A DNA stretch of 63,804 nucleotides, the filler included, from Octopus bimaculoides (Eukaryota): NCBI RefSeq assembly GCF_001194135.2. It is 6 parts of 5 records of this genome, joined end to end, with 100 filler letters (N's around TTAATTAATTAA, not from the genome) between each part and the next. Parts side by side here need not be neighbours in the genome. Positions count along the whole stretch, not along the records: positions 37,754 to 54,268 come from NC_068998.1; 5 more parts are not named here. The stretch is one strand, 5' to 3'. A model generated the notes under the pieces. It made no database searches, had not been told where the DNA came from, and saw nothing but the letters and a program-made list of their open reading frames with translations. Both the position numbers and the translations under genes were made by a program. Below, piece after piece: positions 41,516 through 51,352 of the stretch. Within the stretch, counting starts at the first letter, position 1. Each line of letters starts with the position of its first letter.

Positions 41516-41519
41516 CGTA

Positions 41520-42125
41520 ATACATGGGAGGCTGAGGGAACAACTTCAGGATTGCCTGAATGGAGGAATAATACCAGATTGGATGACTAGAGGGAGAACA
41601 GTATTCCATATGAAAGACAAAAGTAAGGGTAATACAGCTAGCAATTATAGACTAATCATCTGCTTACCATTTGTGGGGAAGCTGTTAACAGGAATGCTTT
41701 CAGAAAGCATTTATGAGCACATTGACAGCCAGAACCTATGGCCAGAAGAACAGAAAGGTTGCAGGAAGAAGGCGAGAAGAACGTATGATCTATTATACAG
41801 AAACAGTTCTAAATGAAGTAAAATCTAGAAAGAAAAATCTAAAATAGCATGGATAGATTATAACAAAGCCTATGACATGATCCCACACTCATGGATAAGT
41901 GAATGTTTGAGTATATTCAGTATAGTAGAAAACAAGAGAATTGATTAGCTGTAGCATGAAGAAATGGGAAGTAGATCTCTACTTAGGTGACACAGTCTTG
42001 GGGAAAGTTGATATCAAGAGAAGAATTTTCCAAGTAGACTCGTTATATTCTTTAATATTTGTCTTATGTTTGATATCCCTCAGTCTAATATTAAGGAAGG
42101 CAAAGACAGAGTATCACTTCAGAAA
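41520..42125 (+). mobile_element. Dong/R4-clade RT fragment, cut by the mariner TIR
   Basis: PDWMTRGRTV, NYRLIICLP, PEEQKGCRK, AWIDYNKAYDMIPHSW, IFQVDSLYSLIF motifs. Confidence 0.85.
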
Positions 42126-42200
42126 TTAAGTCATCCCATAAATAATGCGATTTTTAATACTTCTTTTATTTTTCAAAATTAAGATAAACAAAGTTCTCTT

Positions 42201-43212
42201 TTAATCTATAATATACTCCCCTTCATTTTCTGCAATGCTCTTCCATCTATCTGGTAGGCTTGCAAGACTCCTCTTCCAAAATACACTTGTCCGTGAAGAA
42301 AAATACTCCTCCAGTACTGTTCTGAGCTCGTCTACAGAGTTCATATTTTTCCGTCCAAATGATTTTGAAGACTGCGGATAATCAGATAGAGCAATCTCCG
42401 GTGAATATGGTTGGTGGGACATCGTTTCCCATTCAAGCTGCTCCGGCCTTGGGGAATGTCATCTTCCCTGTATGTGGCCGAGTAGTATCCTGATGGAAGA
42501 ACACCTTTCGTCTTGAAAACAAAGATGGTCGTTTTTCTTCTAGCGCTGACTTAAGCCGCTCAAGCTGCTTGCAATAGAACTCCTTTGTTATCGTTTGGTT
42601 TGGGTTTAAAAGTTCAAACTGGACTAAACCTTTCATATCCCACCAAACAGATAACAACACCTTACATAGGTGAAGACCTTCTTTAGCCGGTGTTTCTCCT
42701 TTCCCTACACACTGTCTTCGGCGCTTGACATTTTTATAAAGAACCCATTTCTCGTTACCACTCACTATTCGCTCTAAAAAAGGTTCATTCGTGTGACGTG
42801 ACAGCAAAGAAGTGCACACATTCACTCTCTGCGCGCGATTAGACTCGAAAAGTTTGTGAGGAACCCATTGACCCAATTTGTTAACTTTTCCGATGGCATG
42901 CAGGTGTCGATGAATGTTTAAATGACCAAATCCAAGCTTCTTTGCTAGTTCCTCAACAGTTACGATGGGATTTTGTTCCACCAGGGTTTGCAGGACGTCC
43001 TCGTCGAGCTCTGCAGATCTTTCAGGACGAGGTTCGTCCTCTAGGCTGTAGTTTCCAACTCGGAATTTCTGGAAATACCGTTGACACTTGCTTACGCTTA
43101 TTGTCCGAGCCCCATACACTGCATTGATATTCCTCGCGCTTTCCGTTGCGTTGTCACCTTTATTGAACTCATAAAGCAAAATATGCCGAACATGTTCCTT
43201 TGTTACTTCCAG
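42201..43212 (-). pseudogene. Mariner transposase pseudogene
   Basis: EVTKEHVRHILLYEF N-terminus with a CTG at the expected start position; WVPHKL, SGNEKW (catalytic D to N), HQDTTRPH, YSPEIALSDY motifs; frameshift near 42430. Confidence 0.93.
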
Positions 43213-43278
43213 TATAGCTTTGAAAAAATAACTGTAAAAATCGAACTGCGTTCTTCAAAACTTGCACTAAGAATAAGG

Positions 43279-44968
43279 CGATTTTTTTAATTGCCCACAA
43301 GGGGTGACATGGAGGGGACAATACAATGACATGTGGGGACAAATTAAAAAACAAAAGCGTATGTTACAATGAATAACAAAATGAAAATGAGAGATGAAAT
43401 GAAGTTTTCTCAGCCCCACCTCTGAGTTACTTCATTTTTACCTTTGTTCATTTTTCTTTTTTGTACTTGGTGCCTTCCAAGATGTCGAAACCGTATTCCT
43501 TTAGTAAATGCGTGTAATCCATGTTCCATGGTAATTTTTGAATGTCTAGTTTGACTTCCCACATTTTAAATCCTCCTTTGAATTTTGTAACTTTTTCCCT
43601 CGGTCCTCATCCAACAACAGGTAGCAATGCCACCCTTGCACATTGTCGAACTTGTGAGTGTCCACCACTCTTATGTTTTCCCACTTCTTTATTTCCTCAT
43701 ACAGGCCCTTATTAGTGTTGTTATCCATAATTGCAAAGTTACTTTTCCTCTTTTTTCGGGTGGTGGGGAGGTTGAACGACTGTATTTGTCTTTGTGTTGG
43801 AGTGGAGCGGGTAGGTTCAGTGTCTGTAGGGAGCGAGTGGGAGGAAGGGGGTGGGTGATGGTGTTCTGTATTTATTTTACCTGGTTTCCTACTTTTTATT
43901 TTCCTTTTCTTCCCTGGTGTCACCCATTCGCCTTCTGTTCCGTTTTCTTCTGTTTCTGCTAGTGGTGGTGGTATTTTTTCCTTTTCTCTTGCCGATTCTT
44001 CTTTCCCCTTCTTGTCTTTTAGAGGGCAGTTTGCTCTAATGTGGCCTTTCGGGCCATACTTATAGCATCTGGGAATCCTACCCTCTACTCTAACTACCAT
44101 TATTGTGTCGTCAAACGATATTGTTTCTGGCAACACTTCCATTATTTCCTTCGGTCCTTGTATCACCAAGTTTAGGGATTGCCCTTTCCAGTTTCTTGTT
44201 TCCGTTTTAGTGGCTAGAGAACCGCTATCTCTTCCTCATTACCGAGCAAGACAACGGCCGCTATCCAGGCCACGTCGACGTCTGGAGGAATTCTCTCTAC
44301 ACTGACCCTTATTGCGCGTCTTCCACGATATATCAGCAACATCACCACTTCATCGGTTTTTAATATTGTTGCCGCGTTCAAATTTGCAACGGTTGCATTC
44401 TTAAATCGAATTTCAATTGTTCCGAATTTACTCCCTCTTGTTAGGTACTTGATTTCCTTCCAGACTGGCCTCAGTGCTTTCTCCACTTGATTCGTCGTCA
44501 TTTCGTTTATTCTTTCTGCGGCTACTGAGTGTGTTTTGTATACTACCGTACATTCCATCCTATTAATTATTACATCCATTGGCGCTGTCACTTCCAGTTT
44601 AGTTCCTTCCCTTTTCATCATTTTTGAGTAGTCCTTCACTCGTTCCATTCCATATGGCGTTCTGCTACCTTTGCCACCTCTGCGAAACTTCGATCTTGCC
44701 TTGCTTTTTTTATTCATGGTGGTCCATGGAATGTCCGACTGCTCAGAATCGGACACCTCAGTGGAGCTGCTATCTGAAAATCTGATATGTCTTCCATTTT
44801 TATACTTGGCTTACCCTCCTCTATGAGGAGGGAAAGCACAACCAGACTGCCACAAGGAAGCAAAAACCAAAGTGTTCAGAGAACACTACAACAATTCAAA
44901 CAACAGTACAACAATATTTAAACAACAATACAACAGCAATACGAACCAAACTCTTCAAAAATGTGCTC
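43279..44968 (-). mobile_element. ORF1-only Tx1/L1-type non-LTR element (1690 bp) nested in mariner
   Basis: Flanked by direct repeat AGAATAAGG (43270-43278 and 44969-44977); short A-tail on its sense strand; carries ORF1 but no EN/RT. Confidence 0.8.
43546..44756 (-). pseudogene. Tx1-type ORF1 (gag-like) with degenerate zinc knuckle
   Basis: Two ORF-track frames joined by a frameshift near 44217; RVSVERIPPDVDVAW and VRVEGRIPRCYKYGPKGHIRANCP (CX2CX4HX4C with second C to Y). Confidence 0.8.
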
Positions 44969-45369
44969 AGAATAAGGACAAGGTAAAATTATTACCTGTT
45001 TTTATAGCAAGTTGATGCAGATAGTTTATCCCGCCCCCTTTGACTTTTAATTCATGCAATTGAAAAAAACTGCATTATTTATGGGATGTCCCAATATTAG
45101 TTTGCTTATGTGGAAAATATAAACTCCTCATGATTTCCATTTATATTATGTAGCTTTAAATAAATTCGATCATAGACCAGTATCAAACCATATTATTTGT
45201 ATTATGTTGCTCCCTATATATTTAATCATAAAACTCCTGTCTTAAGAAACTCTGAAAATGTCGTCCTAAATGGAGAAAATTGCTAAAGATACAAGCTTTG
45301 CAATTTAATTCCTTACTCTCTGGGAATGTCCAGAACTTTCAGTTAAATGAATTTAGCTTCATCCTTTTT

Positions 45370-45612
45370 CAAAGTGCGGGTAAAATGTATCCCAGTAGTT
45401 ATAGGTGCATTGGGAACTATCCCTAAAGATTTGAACAGATGGATATAGGAAATAAGCATAAAACCCAGTTTAGTACAGCTCCAAAAAACAGTGTTATTGG
45501 GACAGCTAGGATGCTTAGGAAGGTTATTGACATCTAAAGTTACTTGTTGTAGCCCGATGTTAGGAATTTTTCTTTTCCAACAGTCTAATCTGTTGTGCGT
45601 ATATGAATAATA
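45370..45612 (+). mobile_element. Dong/R4 RLE C-terminal fragment and 3' UTR
   Basis: IPVVIGALGTIPKDL..LQKTVLL..ARMLRKVIDI*, ending in AATAATAAT. Confidence 0.75.
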
Positions 45613-45614
45613 AT

Positions 45615-46030
45615 CTTGGTATAAAAGATGGACTCCAGCAAATATTCTGCTCTATACCACAGATTTGCTTGTCAGTTGTTTGACCATAACCAGTTGAGCA
45701 TGTCCGTTAGTGGCTGATGATATGTGCATCTCTGATCATGAGCAGAAGTAGTGGGGGAGCAACATAGCTATGTGTTGCGAGGAATTCTTTGGAGTTTGAA
45801 TAATTCACCTCTGGAAACATGGGTATTTCGTTCAACATCCTCAAACCACCCTTATTCAGGGACCTTTTGAGCGGGATGGGCTACTGGACCAGAAGAAAAT
45901 TCTGACTGGGCCCCATCTGCGTGGTCATGCGCTGTTTATCTTGATATGAGATCACCATGTCGCACACATATGGTTGTGATGCATGTGTTTGATGCACCTT
46001 TATCAGACGGGTAGTCATGATGGGTACTGG
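45615..46030. repeat. Repeat family C, partial copy
   Basis: GATGGACTCCAGCAAATATTCTGCTCTATACCACAG...CCTTATCAGAC.GGTAGTCATGATGGGTA is shared with 48035-48440. Confidence 0.8.
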
Positions 46031-46868
46031 TATACCGCTAAGCATTTTGTCCAGCGTGCTAAACGATTCTGCCAGCTCACCGCCTTGAATAATAATAATA
46101 ATAATNNNNNNNNNNNNNNNNNNNNNNNNNNNNNNNNNNNNNNNNNNNNNNNNNNNNNNNNNNNNNNNNNNNNNNNNNNNNNNNNNNNNNNNNNNNNNNN
46201 NNNNNNNNNNNNNNNNNNNNNNNNNNNNNNNNNNNNNNNNNNNNNNNNNNNNNNNNNNNNNNNNNNNNNNNNNNNNNNNNNNNNNNNNNNNNNNNNNNNN
46301 NNNNNNNNNNNNNNNNNNNNNNNNNNNNNNNNNNNNNNNNNNNNNNNNNNNNNNNNNNNNNNNNNNNNNNNNNNNNNNNNNNNNNNNNNNNNNNNNNNNN
46401 NNNNNNNNNNNNNNNNNNNNNNNNNNNNNNNNNNNNNNNNNNNNNNNNNNNNNNNNNNNNNNNNNNNNNNNNNNNNNNNNNNNNNNNNNNNNNNNNNNNN
46501 NNNNNNNNNNNNNNNNNNNNNNNNNNNNNNNNNNNNNNNNNNNNNNNNNNNNNNNNNNNNNNNNNNNNNNNNNNNNNNNNNNNNNNNNNNNNNNNNNNNN
46601 NNNNNNNNNNNNNNNNNNNNNNNNNNNNNNNNNNNNNNNNNNNNNNNNNNNNNNNNNNNNNNNNNNNNNNNNNNNNNNNNNNNNNNNNNNNNNNNNNNNN
46701 NNNNNNNNNNNNNNNNNNNNNNNNNNNNNNNNNNNNNNNNNNNNNNNNNNNNNNNNNNNNNNNNNNNNNNNNNNNNNNNNNNNNNNNNNNNNNNNNNNNN
46801 NNNNNNNNNNNNNNNNNNNNNNNNNNNNNNNNNNNNNNNNNNNNNNNNNNNNNNNNNNNNNNNNNNNA

Positions 46869-47345
46869 GACATAATTATTAAAGGCAGGGAAGAAAATAT
46901 TTGCAGATTAATAGAAGTGTTCTCACTGATAAAAATATATCTGTAAAGGAATTTGACAAATTAAGTAAATATAAGGACCTGGAAATTGAAATTCAAAAGA
47001 TGTGGCATGTTAAAGCGAGAATTGTTCCTGCTGTGGGTGCCCTAGGTATGATAAAAAAGGAATGTCAGAAACATCTAGATAAGATCCCTGGAGAACAATG
47101 TCTCAGAGAAATTCAAAAGATTGTGCTAACAAATACTGCCTACATCCTTAGAAAAATCCTATCAATTTAAATATCTGTGTTGTATTCCATGAAGATATTT
47201 CGCTACTACTCCTGCTACGTCCCCTCCCCAAGATTCCAGTCATACTGTAACATCTCGTATCCTTCGCTCGTCCTAGGACGCTTGGTGTGTCTCGGCAACT
47301 GATCGTAACAAACATGCAGATTAAAATGAAGAAATAATAATAATT
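46869..47345 (+). mobile_element. Dong/R4 RLE C-terminal fragment and 3' UTR
   Basis: DKNISVKEFDKLSKYKDLEIEIQKMW..VGALGMIKK..IQKIVLTNTAYILRKILSI*, followed by an (AAT)n tail. Confidence 0.85.
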
Positions 47346-47359
47346 ATTATTATCATTAT

Positions 47360-47793
47360 TAGCTTTTTTACTATAGGCACAAGGCCTGACATTTTTGTGG
47401 GGAGAGGGCTAGTCGATGACATCGACCCCAGTGCGTCAATGGTACTTATTTTATCGACCCCGAAAGTCGACCTCAGCAGTATATGAACTCAGAACCTAGC
47501 GACAGACGAAATGCCGCTAAGCATTTCGCCCGGCGTGCTAACGATTCTGCCGGTTCGCCGCCTTAATAATAATAATAATAATAATCCTTTCTACTATTGG
47601 CACAAGATCTGGACTTTGGGGAAGGGGTAAGTCGATTACATCGACCCAGTATTCAGCTGTTACTTAATTTATCGACCCTGAAAGGGTGAAAGGTAAAGTC
47701 GACCGCGGTGGAATTTGAACTCAGAATGTAAAGACGGACGAAATGCTGTAAGCATTTCCCCCTGTATACTAACGATTCTGCCAGCTCGCCACC

Positions 47794-47797
<4 letters not shown>
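47360..47797 (-). mobile_element. Two tandem SINE family B copies sharing an (AAT)n tract
   Basis: Copies at about 47360-47565 and 47587-47797. Confidence 0.85.
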
Positions 47798-47838
<41 letters not shown>

Positions 47839-47851
47839 AANNNNNNNNNNC

Positions 47852-47896
<45 letters not shown>

Positions 47897-47924
47897 AAAA
47901 TAAAAATAAAAATATAAAAATAAA

Positions 47925-48496
47925 AATGCCCTGAGGCAGCACCATGCCCTGATGCAGTACCAAGCACTAGCTCTCATGGCTTCTGATCTTAACTAATTGG
48001 AAGTGTAACATGTACATGTTTTGTCTTGATATAAAAAAAATGGACTCCAGCAAATATTCTGCTCTATACCACAGATTTGCTTGTCAGTTGTTTGACCATA
48101 ACCAGTTGAGCGTGTCCCTTAGTGGCTGACGATATGTGCATCTCTGATCACGAGCAGAAGTAGTTGGGGAGTATCATAGCCATGTGTTGAGAGGAATTCT
48201 TTGGGGTTTGAATAATTCACTTCTGAAAACATGGGTGTTTCGTTCAACATCCTTAAACAAACCTTATTCAGGGATCTTTTGAGCGGAATGCGCTACTCGA
48301 CTTGAAGAAAATTCTGACTGGGCCCCACCTGCAAGGTCATGCGCTGTTTATCGTGATATGAGATCACCATGTCGCGCACATATGGTTGTAATGCATGTGT
48401 TTGATGCACCCTTATCAGACAGGTAGTCATGATGGGTATATTGGGCTTCGTATAATTTTACCCCAGTGTCATTTTGTTGGTATGCGCTGGTCTCTC
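47925..48496. repeat. Unclassified interspersed repeat family C
   Basis: High identity to 45615-46030; reverse partial copy at about 23045-23145. Confidence 0.8.
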
Positions 48497-48541
<45 letters not shown>

Positions 48542-48550
48542 GATAAAGAT

Positions 48551-50760
48551 TTCTTTAATTTGCTACCAGGGCAAAGGATGAGGGGGACAATACAAAGACA
48601 GATATAAAGTGTGGGGATTTACATATAATGGAATACTAAAATCAAAAGTATATACGGTATACATTAGAAGACCCCCCCCCCCGCGTTGCACTGCCAGGCC
48701 AAAGACATCTAGAAATTATCCATAATAGTCCCCGACCGGAAAGTCCTCCGGAATATACTAGCCAGTTCGTCTTCGTCGACGCCTAGGGTCTCCCCGAAGA
48801 AGTCGTNNNNNNNNNNNNNNNNNNNNNNNNNNNNNNNNNNNNNNNNNNNNNNNNNNNNNNNNNNNNNNNNNNNNNNNNNNNNNNNNNNNNNNNNNNNNNN
48901 NNNNNNNNNNNNNNNNNNNNNNNNNNNCACACACACACACACGTTCACCTTCTAAAAATCGCTGCAGGTGGCGCAACCTGAATGCGTGTCTGCGCATTAA
49001 AAGCCATGGCATGCCTAAGCCGCTATGCAAAGGAAGTTGGCAGCAGACCGACCACCTGACAATTGGGACGCGTCCCTTCCACAAGAAAATAAACAGGATA
49101 CGCTCCAATCTAATTAAGCAGTTACTAGGGCAAGGCACGACGGTCAGACGATGAATAATGACAGAGGCGATGTAGGCATTCGCTACCTCTGCCTGACCTT
49201 TCAGGGACAACTTCCTCTCTGCCCATTTCTGGGTAAGAGAGGTCACCCCGTTCGTCACCTCTTCCCAATTCTTATCCACCTGGAGGTTGGGACCAAACCA
49301 GACTCCGGAGCAGTTTAACTGGTCCGTTAGTCCAGCGTCCGACGGCATCGATCTTCCTCTCCAGATGCCCAATTGCAATCCCACCGACTTGTCGGCATTG
49401 ATTTTAGTCCCTGAAACCGTTTCTACTTCGGAGGCGTCCGACACCATGACGATGACGTCGTCCGTGTATGCAGACACTGCCCTCCCGAGTCCAATTTCGA
49501 AAGAGAGGCCTCTTCACTGTTCCAACTTCCGCAGCAGTGGCTCGGGAGCCAACACATACAGCAGAATTGACAGCGGGCAGCTCTGACGGACCGAACGTGC
49601 GATACTAAACGGTTCCGATAGTAAGCCATTTACTTTTACCACCGATCAAGTGCCGCTGTGCGTTGCAGCAATCCAGCCTCTGAAAACGGATCCGAAACCG
49701 GCCGCTTTAAGGACAGTTTCCAAGAAACTAAGATCTACCCTATCGAAAGCTTTCGACTGATCTAAATTAATCAGGTCCCAATGAAGCCAGTTTTAGCCCC
49801 AGCCCTCTCTATGATGTATCGCACGAGGTGGAGGTTATCGTGGATAGACCTGCTCGGGATTTCACACGTTTGTGCCTCCCCGACCAGACTACCAACGACA
49901 GGCACCAACCTTTTCGCCAACACTTTGGCCAAAATCTTAAACTCTATGTTTAGCAGAGTTATGGACTGAAAATTCCCTTGCACGTCCCCATTGTCTGCGT
50001 CTTTTCACTGCAGTGTTAGTACACTCCGGCTAACAGCACTTAGAATTCTCTCGTTCTGCGGCCAATTACTGAAGACATCTGCCAAATAAATTTGGCATGG
50101 AAACATAGAATATGTAGGGCAGACCATCCAAACCGGGCGATTTGCGACTTGTGCAATCGCTCATCGCCTCCTGTAATCGGCTTTTCGCAGAATCTCGTGT
50201 CCGTCATCGAGAGCCGTTGTACGCCGTCTAAGTACGAAGTAAAGTTCGCTACCGTCGTTGACCCATCACCCTCCCCAAACAATCGCGCAAAGTGCTGCTG
50301 AAAAGCCGCACATATCTGCTCAGAACCGAGTAGTACACGTCCGTCCTGATCTGTTAAAGACTTCATCGTGGTTTTGTTTCCACGTCGCGTCTCTACCGTT
50401 CGAGCCCATCGGACGGATTTAGTTCCTTCGTGTTTTAGCTCTGACAACGCACCTTTCGTGTTTCGCCTCAAAGAAATGGTCAAGGGCCCATTCTCGCCGC
50501 TAACACGTCGGTCGCGATGCCTTTACTAGTTTGCTAGTCTTCTAGTTTGCTAGCTAGTTCTCCCTCCAATCTTTTTCTTTCTATTGCTAAATCGTTGCTA
50601 AACGCTGTCGATTCTACTCTAATCGCTCTCTTCAGAGCGATCCACCACCGATTATCCATATCATTACATTTTTTTCAGTCAGGAATATCCATATCACTAT
50701 GTATGTCAATGGTACTCCATTGCAATAGGTAGAAACTCCAAGCAATGTAAAATATGGCCC
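48551..50760 (-). mobile_element. 5'-truncated Tx1/L1-clade LINE, ORF2 reverse transcriptase pseudogene plus 3' UTR
   Basis: ITLLNIEFKILAKVLAKRL, LDQSKAFDRVD, SAYTDDVIV (YADD box), KLSLKGQAEVAN, GLGMP motifs across several frameshifts. Confidence 0.9.
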
Positions 50761-51114
50761 GGATCGTGTTTACCAGCATGAACGTCAGACTTCAAAAAAT
50801 TGTTAACCATTTTAATGGTTTTAGTAAATTTATACAGAAAAAGTAAGCATTATACCCCCCAGCATAAATAAAAGTCAACTTCATTATATTTAGGCCATTA
50901 TTTTTTCTGTAAAAACCTAGTTTAACATTAAATGAATCACTTTCCTGTATGAATGTTTATGTTTTGAACATCTTTCTTCAACAAAGGAAATTTTTAAAAA
51001 AACATTCTGGAAACAATCTATTCATGTAATTTACGCACCCACTAAAGTTTTTTTTTTAATTTCTGCGAAGAAAAAGTGCGTAAATTAAATGGGTTTTTAC
51101 ATAATCTGTTTTAA

Positions 51115-51352
51115 TATAGGCACAAGGCCTGAAACTTGGTAGAGGGGGATGGTCAGTTACATCGACTCCAGTGCTCAACTGGTACTTATTTCATCGACCC
51201 CAGTACTCAATTGGTACTTATTTCATCGACTCTGAAAGGATGAACAACAAAGTCGACTTCGGAGGAATTTGAGCTCAAAAGACAAGGACAAACGAAATAT
51301 TGCTAAGCATTTTACCTGGCATGCTAACAATTTTGCCAGTTTGCCACCTTTA
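51115..51352 (-). mobile_element. SINE family B
   Basis: Reverse complement of the family; head abuts AATAATAAT. Confidence 0.75.

Larger units (their letters stand above)
42126..45094 (-). mobile_element. Full-length decayed mariner (DD34D-type) transposon, interrupted by a 1.7-kb retroelement
   Basis: 30-bp TIRs TTAAGTCATCCCATAAATAATGCGATTTTT (42126) and the reverse complement of TTGGGACATCCCATAAATAATGCAGTTTTT (ends 45094, TA at 45095). Confidence 0.9.

Noticed and set aside
45881-46882. Long ORFs of 299-330 aa (and others at 14919, 23182, 32371, 52645, 55040)
   Set aside because: They are mostly X from N gaps.
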